DNA from: Paraspadella gotoi
Lineage: Eukaryota; Animalia; Chaetognatha
Length of the DNA stretch: 64,000 bases
Reading direction: 5' to 3'
Assembly: GCA_051294375.1 (NCBI GenBank)
Contig: CM119265.1
Span: 10,054,339-10,118,338 of the forward strand
In this document: positions 1 through 13,500 of the stretch, piece after piece
Layout: the number at the start of each line of letters is the position of its first letter
Numbering within the stretch: position 1 is the first letter of the stretch
The notes under the pieces: model-generated
The model's input: the letters and a program-made list of their open reading frames with translations, nothing else
The model's database searches: none
Told to the model about the DNA's origin: nothing
Program-made: the position numbers and the translations under genes

Positions 1-356
1 AAGAAGATTAAGTCTAAAAAGCAAGATGTAACGGTAATATGTAAATGGTCTGAAAATTTGAACTTTTCTATTTAAGATATATTTACTATACATACACATA
101 CTACTATTTAAAAATAATATTTTGATATCAATAAAAATTCTTAAAATGTCAATGGAAGAGTAAATTGTGCTGCTTTGTGGAATATTAATCGAAAAAAAAA
201 GACTGAAAAAAGCTTTCGTCATCTGAAATGCTCTCTCTCTCTCTCACACATCGACGTCTGACTCACATCTCACGCGTCGCTAAATCATCCGATCGATCCG
301 TTGATTGAAAAGTCTCTTGATTGAAAAAGTCACGTGATTGTCAGACCAATAACGTC

Positions 357-467
<111 letters not shown>

Positions 468-556
468 AATCGCGTGTCGTCAACCCGAGAGGAACTATTT
501 TCCGAGGTTAACGACACCGAACAGAAAAGAACCAGTTATTGTTTTTCTGATTTCCG

Positions 557-591
<35 letters not shown>

Positions 592-1814
592 AATTTTTCT
601 ACTTTTTAATTTCGTTTCTCTTCTTTTTTTGTCATCGATAGGACAAAAGAGGAACAAATATCGAATTCAGGAGGAAAAAGTGAATGACCGATCGAGCCAT
701 GGGGTTCTCGACTTCGTTCGCTGTATGATGTTGTTGTTGTTGTCGTTGTTATTATGGTTATATCGTTGTTTTTTCATTGTCTTTGTTGTCTTCGTTGTCG
801 TCTATTGACATCTTAATAAACACATCGTGATGTAGAAAATCAAAACGTTACCCTTAACTGATTTCCCTCTGATAGACTGACAGACTTTTTATGCTCAAAA
901 TTTCACCAGTCCAAACAAAGACAACATTACAACTCACGAGCTCACCAATTCCTCACTTCACCGTTAAACGCCCTCACCGTCATAATCGCCAGAAAACAAA
1001 CTCACTTTGAAGTGACATCCCTCGGCTACTTTGATCTCACCCATCAGTGCTGCGGCGTGGGTGAGTTGGGAGGATGTTAAATAAGTTTCCTACATGGCTC
1101 AGCCTTCCCGTATGTTCTGACCTCTATACTAAGGGTGGATGGAAACATTATCTTCTTATTAACTACAAAAATCATAACAACTAAATGAACTAGAATGAAT
1201 TACAACCACAATTACAACCACAGTCACAAACACCACTATAACGAAAACACCCTACTGCAACCACAGTTACCACAACTACCACAACAATCAGACCCGCAAT
1301 AAAAACAAGCACAATAATTAAACGCCATCGCAACAAACCACAATTAGACCACAGACCTGCAAACAGTGGGCGAATCGAAACATCTCTCTTCTTCTTCTTC
1401 ATTTTTCTTTGTTTGTTTTCGTCTCTCCATTGATTCTTTCAGCCTCTGCGCGTATTTTTTTTTAAAGATGAACTCCTGTACGCCAGGCGTGCAGATCCTG
1501 GAAAGAAGAGAGTACAGTAGATACCTCGTTAAAGGGATGAAAGATTGAACAGTTTTCACTGTATAACATAATATCTTGATTAAAATCTTGTAAAGCCCTC
1601 ATTTCCATGTTGCTATCTGATAAGAAGAATGCAGGCATTCGCCCACCGTAGCCTGTTAAAAGTTTGCGGCAATATAACTTATCTGATGAATTAAACGATC
1701 ATTTCTATTGGTTACAAGTACCAATTTAACATCCAAAATCCTCAGATTTACAGTAGTTCCGTCAAGTTTCCCCATAATAAAAGAATATAACCTTTAACCC
1801 TCGTTAGCGGCGGT

Positions 1815-2423
1815 NNNNNNNNNNNNNNNNNNNNNNNNNNNNNNNNNNNNNNNNNNNNNNNNNNNNNNNNNNNNNNNNNNNNNNNNNNNNNNNNNNNNNN
1901 NNNNNNNNNNNNNNNNNNNNNNNNNNNNNNNNNNNNNNNNNNNNNNNNNNNNNNNNNNNNNNNNNNNNNNNNNNNNNNNNNNNNNNNNNNNNNNNNNNNN
2001 NNNNNNNNNNNNNNNNNNNNNNNNNNNNNNNNNNNNNNNNNNNNNNNNNNNNNNNNNNNNNNNNNNNNNNNNNNNNNNNNNNNNNNNNNNNNNNNNNNNN
2101 NNNNNNNNNNNNNNNNNNNNNNNNNNNNNNNNNNNNNNNNNNNNNNNNNNNNNNNNNNNNNNNNNNNNNNNNNNNNNNNNNNNNNNNNNNNNNNNNNNNN
2201 NNNNNNNNNNNNNNNNNNNNNNNNNNNNNNNNNNNNNNNNNNNNNNNNNNNNNNNNNNNNNNNNNNNNNNNNNNNNNNNNNNNNNNNNNNNNNNNNNNNN
2301 NNNNNNNNNNNNNNNNNNNNNNNNNNNNNNNNNNNNNNNNNNNNNNNNNNNNNNNNNNNNNNNNNNNNNNNNNNNNNNNNNNNNNNNNNNNNNNNNNNNN
2401 NNNNNNNNNNNNNNNNNNNNNNN
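1815..2423. other. Assembly gap
   Basis: Run of 609 N. Confidence 1.
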
Positions 2424-3329
2424 TTTTACATGCCGCGATCGGGTTATGAATACCGCCGCGCTATTTGGAAAAAAAAGGGGGGAGAAGGTCTGGAGAGCTT
2501 TGGTGTTGAGGTGAATGATTGATTGATCGATGGGATAATGGATCCAATAAACGATGGAATTAATTTTTTTTTTATTTTTTTTTTATTTTTTTTTATTTTA
2601 TAATTTTTTTATTATTTTTTTATTTTTTATTTTTTATTTTTTATTTTTTATTTCTTATTTTTCATTTTTTTATTTTTTATTTTTTTTATTATTTATTTAT
2701 TTATTTTTTTTTTATTTTTTTTATTTATTCATTTATTAGATTAATTCAGTTGTCAATTAATTGAATGATCATCGTTCATAGTAATGACCAACACAAATAA
2801 AGCTACGACGCTTCCTCGTCATCATCTTTCCTTTCCTTTTCCTTAACTCATTCCTCGTCCTTCTGTCCGCGCGACGCTAGACCGTCTCCTTCCCCGACCG
2901 AGTCCTTCCCAGACATAAAACACATTTAGGGCTACGGGAAAAAAACAGGGTAAGTGTCTGGTGAGTAAAAAAAAACAGGGTAAGGGCCTGGTGAGTAAAA
3001 AAAACAGGGAAGGGTCTGGTGAGTAAAAAAACAGGGCAAGAAGCTTTTTCCTTCTTTTTTTTTTGAGGATGTCAAGTAACGTCTGCGCCAAAGAAAAAAA
3101 CGAGAAGCGAGAAATGATTTCGTAGAAAATAAAGGAGGTTCATTTCTCGGAAATGCCTTCTTTTCTCGGAAAAGCGTTTCAGCGTCAACCGCGCAAAGCC
3201 TCTTTTTTTCTACTTTTCTTTTCTCTCCCTTTCTTTTCCCCTTTCTTTCCCTCGCGAAACAAATTAGATGTACTTCTCTCGGAGGAAAAATGAATACTAG
3301 CTCGGGTTCATTTTCAAAGGGAGGGAGAG

Positions 3330-3415
<86 letters not shown>

Positions 3416-3738
3416 CTTTAAAGGTGCCGCCTTGATAATGTGGAAAAATGAGAGGCAAGACTGTAGAGAAAAAAAAAAGTGGGTGGGTATTTAAGACTGT
3501 TATACATAAACACGTGTTCCCCTTTTAGACGCGAAAATATTTGAATATTTTTACATTTTAAATTTCTGCAACCCGTTTGTCACTCTCTCCGCCCCCTCAA
3601 ACCACCCCCACCCCTCCGCCACCATGCCCTCTTCGTCTCTCTTTCTCCTTCCGCACGGGCGACACTTCTTTTTAAAAAAAGCCTGCTTTGGCAAGGTTTC
3701 AAAATGACGCCACCGTATTTAATCTTCATTAACATTTC

Positions 3739-3826
<88 letters not shown>

Positions 3827-3922
3827 TTCACTCTATATCACTCGTTCACCGCCTTGGTCTAATTTGGCGCTGCCTTTTTTTTCACTTTCAGACTCTCTCT
3901 CTCTCTCTCTCTCTCACTCTCG

Positions 3923-3964
<42 letters not shown>

Positions 3965-4114
3965 TTTCTCTCTCTCTCTCTCTTATTCACTCTATATCAC
4001 TCGTTCACCGCCTTGGTCTAATTTGGCGCTGCTTTTTTTGTTCTCTTTCAGACTCTCTCTCTCTCTCTCTCCTCGTCTCTCTTTATGTCATCGTCCTCTC
4101 TCTCTCTCTCTCTC

Positions 4115-4173
<59 letters not shown>

Positions 4174-4631
4174 GCGCGCGAAAAAACTATAATTTATTCT
4201 CCAGCGAATAGAAAAGGCGTTTTGGCTTCTTGAAAATAAAAAAAAACGACCGAAATGAATGAAAAACGAGAGAAAGATGAAGAAGGAGACAGAAACGGAA
4301 GTGGCGCTGGCGGCGCTGGCGGCAAAAAAAGGAAACAGAAGATAAAAATGGAAACAAAAATCTAATCAACCAAATACAAAAAGTTTAAGGAAAACACATA
4401 AAAGACATAAAATTAATACATAGACTTAAAAGACAAGAATTAAAACGAATTAAAACGACAGAGAAAAGTACAACTCCAAGGGATGAATATTAAACATAAA
4501 ATAAAAATTGACGGAAACAAAAGTTATAAGTAAAAAGTTTTATATCAATAAAGAAGACGTGAGTGAAGCATTCTAATAGTAAACAAGGCAATTTGAATAA
4601 ATACAGTATTTCATCTTTATAACGTTTTGAC

Positions 4632-7516
4632 CTGCAACTTCTGGGACAACTCGACTTCATCCACCGAAGGCGACATTTTCCTTCTTTCGCGTATTTCCGA
4701 CACTTGGATCGAAAATCAAATTCGTCGACGCAGGGAGGCCTTCGACCTTAATTAAATATTATAAAACTCATTTTAATTAATTAATATTTTTATGTCTCAA
4801 ATATTTTCAAATTTTTCATGAGTTTTAATGTACAGGGAAAAAAGTGAAACAGTGACATTTATTTTTCCTTCTTCGTTTCTCTCCGTCGGCGATAGATGTC
4901 GCAACGTCAAAGCCATGTCCGCCAAAACCGGCCAACAAAAGACAATCGCTAAATTCAAACTAAACTTCCCCGTACCTCCGCAAAGTCCGCAGCTTCGGCG
5001 ACACTTGATCTTCATCCAGGTCCAGAGTTGACAGTATCCTTCGAAGGCGTAGTTGTAGCATCTGTTGTCGTTGTCGATGCACCTCGTCGAAGTCGTCGTC
5101 GTTGTCGTCGTTGTCGTCATCTTCTTTGGCGGAACGGAAGGTCGAGAGTTCGAAACCGAAGCGATAGTTTGATTCTCGAGACGACAAAGACCGCAAGATG
5201 CGGGACACGTTCGCCGCATCCAACTTCCCCAACCGTCGCGCCGAGAGCATCGGTTCTGGCGCTATAAAAAAAAACGAGGATTAAATCAGTAAAATAATAA
5301 TTATAAAAGTAGCGAAATAAAAGTAAGTAATAAAAAAGTTTAGTATAATATAAAACGAAGTAAATAAGTAATAATAAAATAAGTAATTGTAAAATAATGA
5401 AAAACAGACACATTCACAAATGCAAATTTAAAAAAAAAAACTAATAATTTTAACCTAATTATGTCAATAATTTCATAAAATACCTGATAAAATGGACAAG
5501 AGACGTTTTTGTCTCGACACGCGGTTCCGTTTCCTCCCACCGACTCTTTCGCTCTCCTCTCCTCCTCCTCCTCCTCTCCTCCCTCCCCCCTTCCCTGCTT
5601 CCTCCCCTTCTCCTTCTCGCACGCGCCGCACGTCAGCGCGCAATTCTCCGCCATCCACGCGCGCCACGGACCGCGCCACGTGCACTTTCCCGCAGCAGCG
5701 TGGGCGGCGCAGTCCTGCTGCGGCTCCGCGTCGAAGCAGCTTAAGTCGAGGAGAGCGTCAGAGTAGCGACCTGTAAAAGAGAGAGAGGGGGCGTTGCGAA
5801 TAATACAGTTTCATTTTATTTGCAATCCGTTTGTTCGTTTGTTTATAAATATAATTTGTGTGTTCGTTTTTTTGGGTTCGACATTTCTCTTTCTTCATTC
5901 CGTCTTTCAAGCGTTGTTTCTTTTTTTGTTTTTTTTTTTAATTATTGCTAAGTCAGTTGTTCGTTTTTAAATGTATTTTTTTACTATTGAGTTCATTCCC
6001 TTAACATTTCGCTCTTAATCAAGTAAGTTCACTTGGCTCGTTAGATTCTTTCTCCATTATAAATTTATTCAAGTATTTATTTATTCATTTATTCACATAT
6101 TTATTAATTCACTTAATTATATATTCTATTCCCACCTTCTTCCATGCACCATCCGCAAGAGAGTCGACAGTCTCTCTTCAGCGTCTCGCTCTCTCTACAA
6201 TCGAGAGACGAGACTTTGACGTCGCAATCCCGGATGTAATCCACGCAGGGTTTCCGATCGCACGTCGCGCAACTCTTCTTGCATTTCCAGTGCATGAATC
6301 TGCAAAAGAAAAAAAATCGCATTTGTAAGCAGACTCTAAGAAAACGTCGTTAACATTATTTGTCCATCCAGAAATTAACCGTTTTTTTATTACTGACCGA
6401 TTATGACCCATAAATATTAAATATAATAATATAGAAAAACAGAATTAGACTTAGTATTTATTGTTACTGTCATTTTCTTCTGTTTATTCTTGATGAAGCC
6501 TGTAACCTCATCAAATTATTAATACATAAAAAAAAACTGCTTAAAAAGAACTCAGAATATAATTTTCAACAATAAATCATGCCCATTAATTTTAAAGTAT
6601 ATTAATGAAGATTTTCCAAAGGTTTCATAAAGAAGAGCATCCTCAGATTAAAAACCCCACCTGGGGTTCCGCCCGCACTGCCCGGCCTTGGCCCATTGCG
6701 GGCAGTTGACGTGCACGTCGACGCAGCCTTCCGGTTCGGGCAGTTCGTGCCCGTCGCAGGTGCCGCACGATTTGCGGCACGCGATCTGCATCCAAACGTC
6801 GTTCGTGTAGCATTCTCCTCTTGAAGCCCACGTCGGACACTCGGCGTGAGAGTCGCGACAGACTGGAGAGAGAGAAAGACAGAGAGAAAGAGATTGAGAG
6901 AGAGAGTCACATATGCATTACAAACTCCGCTCAAATCAATTTAGGGAACTGACCGCACATGTTGCAAGTTTTCTTGCAGTTGGCCTTCTGCCATTGCGGT
7001 CCTCTTCTATTGCATTCGCCGTCGGCTTTGAGTTCCTTGCAATTCTTCAATTCGTCGTAACAGTCTTATTCAAAATAATTTTAACTTTTATCGTAAAACC
7101 TGAATATTTAAAAAGAAATAATCATGAATTTTATGTTATCACCCGTCAGTTATTTTATTAAATGTCTATTATGGGCGCTAAAATTAATGATTATTTATGT
7201 TTTTAACTGCACCTGTGGCGCAAACTTTGCAAGACTTTCTGCATCTCCTCTCCATGTAACCGGAAAACTTTTCGCAATCCCCCTTCGATGCTCTTTTGTC
7301 GCAATTATCGTCGTCGTCGATGCAAGTTTCTTCGGTGACGACGCGCGCGGTTTTCGGCGGCATCGTTAATCCGCGGAGATCGACGACTGAAGAACAGACG
7401 CAAATAAACAGAAGAACAATGAGATTTATCATGTATTAGCGAGAGAAACTAAAATTCTTTACGAAAACTGCAAAATTATTTGTTCCATTATTAGCCTTAT
7501 TTAACATTTGAATATG

Positions 7517-7574
<58 letters not shown>

Positions 7575-10500
7575 AACTTACCCTGAAAGACTTGAATCTC
7601 ACAAACAGTGAGGATTTTGCTGTGACCACGAATTTGAACGGAGACGAATCTTCCCGCCAACGGAGTATCGCAACGAATTACCGCTGCCCCGCCCTCTTTG
7701 CCTGGCACGTCTGGTCAAAACCATCATTTCTCAATAAATAAATTAACTTTTTCTATTTGCTCAAATGGCTACATCATCATTTAAATCATGATAATATCAA
7801 ACCGTAAAAGAAGTGTTTCTGGTTACAATATGCAAATGAGATTAAATCGCGCATACCCATCATTTCCTTATCTTACCTCCGCGCCAAAAGTAGCAGAGTG
7901 GATTCTCCCCGATTTCGCTGCTGTTGCCGATTCTGACCTCGAAATCCCGAAGTCTCTCGTGACAGCAATCTTCTCTGTTGAAGATCCGGATGCGGCGGAT
8001 TAGGGCGTGGCGGAAATCCGGCGCCAACTCGATCCGGACCCAAGGGTCGGACTCCATCCGGGTTTGGGTGCAAGAGCCGAGCTCCGGACCCTCGCCCAGG
8101 ACTCCTGTTAGGGTGGATTGCTTTATTGATTGATTCATTCATTCATTCATTCATTCATTCATTCATTCATTCATTCTTTTAATGATCGATTGATTCATTT
8201 ATTTATTCATTATTAGAGATGATGATTATATGATTTGTCATGAGGGAAAATGTAGTACAATTTCAGTCAATTAACTCTCTGATTGTTCAAAATTGTTAAA
8301 ATTTGATTATTTTGTCAAATATTATAAATATCAATTATATTTTATTATGTTGACCTACTAACGGTCCGTCCGTCGCTTTGAACGCGCCCCAAGCCATTTC
8401 GCTGATAAAAGTGCTGCTCTGCTCTGCTTTGGCGCGGAAGGCTACGTTGTATTCTACTTTAGGGACGAATACGTCTCTGCCGAGCGTGGGGGACGTTTTG
8501 AGGCAAGGGAATGATCTGCAAAAATGGAGGATTCATCGATTTCCTTATGCCTTTGTTTTTGAGATTTATAAAATAATAAATCATGGATTGATATCTTTTT
8601 TTCTTTCTTTTTTTTCTTTCCCTTTCTTTCTCTCTCTTTCTCCTTTTTTAATTTTATTTCTTTGTTATGATTCTTTCTTTTTCGTTGTGTTTGTGTTTAA
8701 GGAATAACAGATAAAAGACATAAAAGACATAAAAATAAAAATTCGTTGTCACACACTAAAATTTGTTATTCCTTAAATTTTATTTCTATAGTCATTTATC
8801 CATTCATTTTCAATAATTCCTTTATTAATTCCTTCCTTTATTATTTTATCGAGGCAATGAGTCCTCCCGTCAATTAATCCATTCGTCCGCTAGTCCGTTC
8901 ATTCGTGTCTCTCATTAGTCCCTCCTCATTCCCATCCAGTCCGTCTATCCGTACTTGTGCCAGTCTTCGTAATTCTCCACGCTACACTTGGCCCACTCGA
9001 AGTTCTGATAAGCCCCGCGACGCATGAGTCCGTTGAGACAATACTCGGCCGATTCGCCCCAGTAGTCGTCCTCCATGCCAAAGGCGTGACCTGTGAATGA
9101 GTGCGTGGAAAGAGGTGACGAGAACTGGACATAAATATAATTGACGCGAGTAACAGATTGAGAATTATTTGATGGTTACAATTTGAGATTAAGTGGTACA
9201 GACGCTAATGTGAGCTATTCCACTGGGTATAATTTTTTTGTGACACACCCAGAGCGGCTTCTCATAAAATGGTAGAGACCCTCAGTCACTGCCTTCCGTC
9301 TCGGACTCGCTTAGTGCTGAGTGCTCAGGGACTGAACCCGGGACGCAAGGATAAGAAAAAGTAATTTAGGCCGCTCACGCTCAAACATGGAAAAAAGGGT
9401 TTTACATTCAGAGAGCAATGAGAGATAAAGAATTAAAACTAATCAATATCAAAGAATTACAACTAATTAATATCAACTTGCAAACTGAACGAAACGCCGA
9501 CTGGTCCACCTCCCCTCCCCCATTTCCCCTTCAACATCCGAAACCCCCTCGACCACCATACCCGTCTCGTGGGCCAAGAGCCTCGTCCACACGCTCCACT
9601 GGAAGTTCTGATCTCTGACGCCGACGCAGTGACGACGATGAAGACAGTTTCCGCCGAGAAGAGCGAGACCTTCGAACTCGGAGCCGTCGTCGCGGTCGCC
9701 AAAGATGTAGGGTTTGCCTTGAGGACGGGTTGGTGGTTGGTGTCTGTCTCTGTCTCTGTCTCAGTCTCTTTGTCTCTCTCTCTCTAAGCAAGTGGCAATA
9801 AGAAACCCTATCTGATTTAAAGCGAATCCCTGTTGTATGCCCACAAGTAGATTATTATTATTACAAATTGTTCAAATTACATTCAAGTCAGAATGGCCGA
9901 GTGGTCTAAGGCGTGGGTTCGAATCTCATTTCTGACAATTTTTATATTCTATCAATAATAATTCTTTTTTTAATTAATCCCTCATTGCATTTGATGTTGT
10001 CTGTCAGAATGGCCGAGTGGTCTAAGGCGCCAGACTCAAGAATCTATTCTTCCATCACTATCTTGTAGGAGAATTCTGGTCCACATATGTGGGCGTGGGT
10101 TCGAATCCCACTTCTGACAATTCTTATATTCTATCAATAATAATTCTTTTTTTAATTAATCCCTCATTGCATTGTTGTCTGCTAGAATGGCCGAGTGGTC
10201 TAAGGCGCCAAACTCAAGACACGGTTCTCCAAGGCCTCTCTTGTTGGTGTATTTTGGTCCACTTATGTGGGCGTGGTTTTAAATCCCACTTCCGACACTT
10301 CTTTTATTCTATTAGTAATAATTCTATTTTTAATTAATCCCTCATTGCTTTAAAGGTTGTCTGTCAGAATGGCCGAGTGGTCTAAGGCGCCAGACTCAAG
10401 ACTGATCTTCCATACCTCCCTTGTTGGAGAATTCTGGTCTACTTATGTGGGCGTGGGTTCGAATCCCACTTCTGACAACTATTATATTCTTCATTTTAAT

Positions 10501-13500
10501 AATAACTCTTTTTTTAAATAATCCGAGTGGTCTAAGGCGCCAGACTCAAGATGTCAGCTACATCTCCTTTCTTGCGTTGACAGGGATGTTCTGGTCCATT
10601 AATGTAGGGGTGGGTTAGAATCTCACTACTGACATACGTTTACTGTCATGGTAAAATGTATGTTTCCTATTTTTTCTCCCTAACCCCCATTTTTTTAAAA
10701 GAAATTAGAAAATTAAAAGCCTAAATCAAATATCACAAAAACCTGAGAGAAACAGCATGAGATCCCACGAAGCGCTGTCGTTGAAAACGCTGGCCTGCCA
10801 GTTGCAGATTTGGTTGAGGCTGTCGTGTCCATTGCTGCCCGGGTAAGGGGCGAAGTCGATCGATTCCGGCAAAAGGACGAACCGCGTGAGATGGAACCAT
10901 TTCCGGTAGCCGAGGGTCGGGTGAATGTACCACATTTGCATCTGCAAAAAAGGGTCATTAAATTCTACTATAACTGTTATGTATAACTGTTATGTGTAAC
11001 TGTATTGTACAAAAAAGTAACAATGTAGTAAAAGTAAAAAAAAAACAAACTTAGACCTTTATTATTGTTCTCTTGCTCGCTCTCATTTCTTGTACCCTTA
11101 ACGTGACCTCAAGTTGTTTAAGTACTGGGCAACAGGTGACAAAGCATTGTGATCTTTATCATTCATCAGACGAAAGTCTATCAATGGTCAAGACGTGTTT
11201 GAGCTCGTCTGATTCACGCAACACCGTTTTTTTTCCCTCTGCATTATTTACATAATTTTCGACATTATCTTTATTGATTTATTATGCTTTTAAGATGAAA
11301 TTATGTCAGTGCTTCATTTTGCCTTTCCTTTATGTTATTTATACACTTTTCAATTAGTGTCAAGTCAGGATTATTTTATTTAAAACAGTAAATAAAAAAT
11401 TTGAATGTCGACGTATCCCGTGAATTCGGTGACCTTTCCCCTTTCCCTCTTCCACCCAAACCACTTTCCCCACCTCCTCACCCAATTGAGCGACTCCACC
11501 ACCCAGGTAGCGATCTCGGCGAACCCTCCACGCGACGTCGGGAAATCTTTCCTGAACTGATCCACGTATTCGCGATCGACGACGACGGCCGTTTCGACGA
11601 TCTCTTCGCGGGCGACTCGATCGGTCGGTCGGTAGCGGAGACTCTTGAGCGGACGGAGGTTGCCCCAGGGGTTGTCGTCTTGCGTTAACAAAAATCCCTT
11701 TGCTTCAGAAAATTGGTTTATCCAATATAAAATTATTTATTCCTCAAATAAATAAGCTATCTGGGCGATGACTTTGGACTTCTTGTGCCTCTGGGACTTT
11801 ACCAGTCCACCCTTCGCACCGAAATATAATTTCACAACTTTATCTCTCTGATATCTCTGAGATCTCTGAGATCTCTCTGATTCCAAGGCTGTCCCAGCCA
11901 ATCTCACAAATTTTCCGAACTCACCAAAGAGTAAGTTGAGATGAACTCCGGATCTCTGCTGATACTCGCCCATAACAAACTCCACCTTCTCGATGTCTCC
12001 GTGGAGTCCGCTGGGTTGGATCACGTAGTCGTTCAAGTTGGTCGTCAGCATCCCGCGCTGTGAGAAGCCAAAGAATGAATTGGTCACATAGTGGAATGAG
12101 TTTGAAGCCGTGATTTTAAATCAATAATGGTGGAGAATTTGAGCCAGTACGTATGTATTATAGTCATTCAGAAATCAAAGCTTTACAAATAAGATTTGAT
12201 AACTTGACCTAATTCTAATTTTTAGTAAAGCCAAGGGTGAAATAATTATTTCTTTGTATATCCTTCTTTCGGCTAAAAAATGATTAATACGTAATACATA
12301 TCATTATCATTATCATCTTCATATCACAAATCATAATTCAAACTTATCGTCGCATTTTCGATCGGCGCGACTTCTCAAACCCCACTGACCATGACGCCGC
12401 AGGTGCAGAACGCGGCGACGCCGCTTTCCAGCGGTCCGGCGTCGACGGTGCCGATCCAGAGACAATTTTCGCCGCCGGGAAAAGTCGTGGACGCCCCGAT
12501 GGAACCGTTTTCGAAGCGGACATCGAATCGGGTCGAGGAAGAGAGCAGGATGGTGTTGCGATGTAGATCGAGACGCCATGATTTTCCTTTTCATTGTTTT
12601 TGAATGATTGATTAAATAATTCTTGCTTCTTTGTTTGATTGATTATTTGATTGACCAATTGACTAACTACTTCAAAAGTTAATTTATTATAAAATCGGTA
12701 CAGCCAACATAAAAAATATCCATTCATTTAATAAACAAGCTATCTTGCCCCTGACTTTGGACAGGCTTTGGTGGTTTAAGGCCTCCATCACTCTTACAAG
12801 AAAATAACAAAGCTTTCAATCAAGACTCACTCACAGTCTCGTTTATTCACTCCCAGAGTACCTGGCTTCCATATTAATGAAGTGGTATGTTTCAAAGAAT
12901 GTTTAAATTGTATGAAAAGACCACTTCCTTTAGTATTAGATTCGGGAATACTATATTGTACTCCGCCCAGCATCAAAATACAATATAAATAAAATATTGG
13001 TTGGCCAATTCTCACATGCCACTATACCGTATTCAATAGTGCACCCTCAAAAGACAGCTATCTTATTTACATATTGCAGTATTAGTTTTTTTATAAAAAT
13101 CACGTATCGTATTATGAGATTACTCCATAATATGTTAAAGTCAATCGTATTTGTTACTGTATTGCACAGTCTTATAAAAAGTTGAAAATTCATCAGATAT
13201 TTTGCTATTTTAGTATCAAAACAATAATTATTCCACATTATAGAAACCAAAAAAACAGTGGTCTCTGAATTCCGGATAAAAGAACATTTGACCCCGCTCA
13301 GTTAACTCTGGTTTCTCTTCAGAGCGCACAAATCTTTCGCCTTTTACTAAAGATTTCCGTGGAGAGGAATACTCAAAGAGTGTTTCTTTATTTATTTCAG
13401 CCCGAGCCTTGCTCGGCAATTATGATTCAAATTGCTTATATTTTTAGTCGGATCTGCTTATCAGCAGATCCCGACTCTATAATTCAATTGTGTCGGTCCG

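Noticed and set aside
683-1548. Possible plus-strand exons (ATG at ~683, donor-like GTGAGT at ~1061, acceptor at ~1443)
   Set aside because: I could not assemble a phase-consistent model or recognise any domain; the adjacent gap hides context.
1794-2447. piggyBac-like ends (TTAACCCT... / ...CGGGTTA) flanking the gap
   Set aside because: The inverted match is short and imperfect, the right TTAA is absent, and the interior is unsequenced.
4187-4369. Hydrophobic last exon or GPI signal for the protease
   Set aside because: Several acceptors are possible and none clearly supplies the final ShKT cysteine; left unresolved.
9887-10634. CRISPR array (constant repeats with ~30-38-nt variable inserts)
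   Set aside because: The constant parts are tRNA-Leu exons and the inserts sit at the canonical 37/38 tRNA intron position; the context is eukaryotic with no cas genes.
11737-11985. Open frame continuing past protease exon 6
   Set aside because: An in-phase donor at 11985 joins the catalytic-domain exon; the extension ends in a stop and shows no recognisable motif.
13308-13325. CTGAAGA-GAAAC hammerhead-like string on the minus strand of the repeated module
   Set aside because: There is no stem II between the two boxes, so it cannot fold as a hammerhead.
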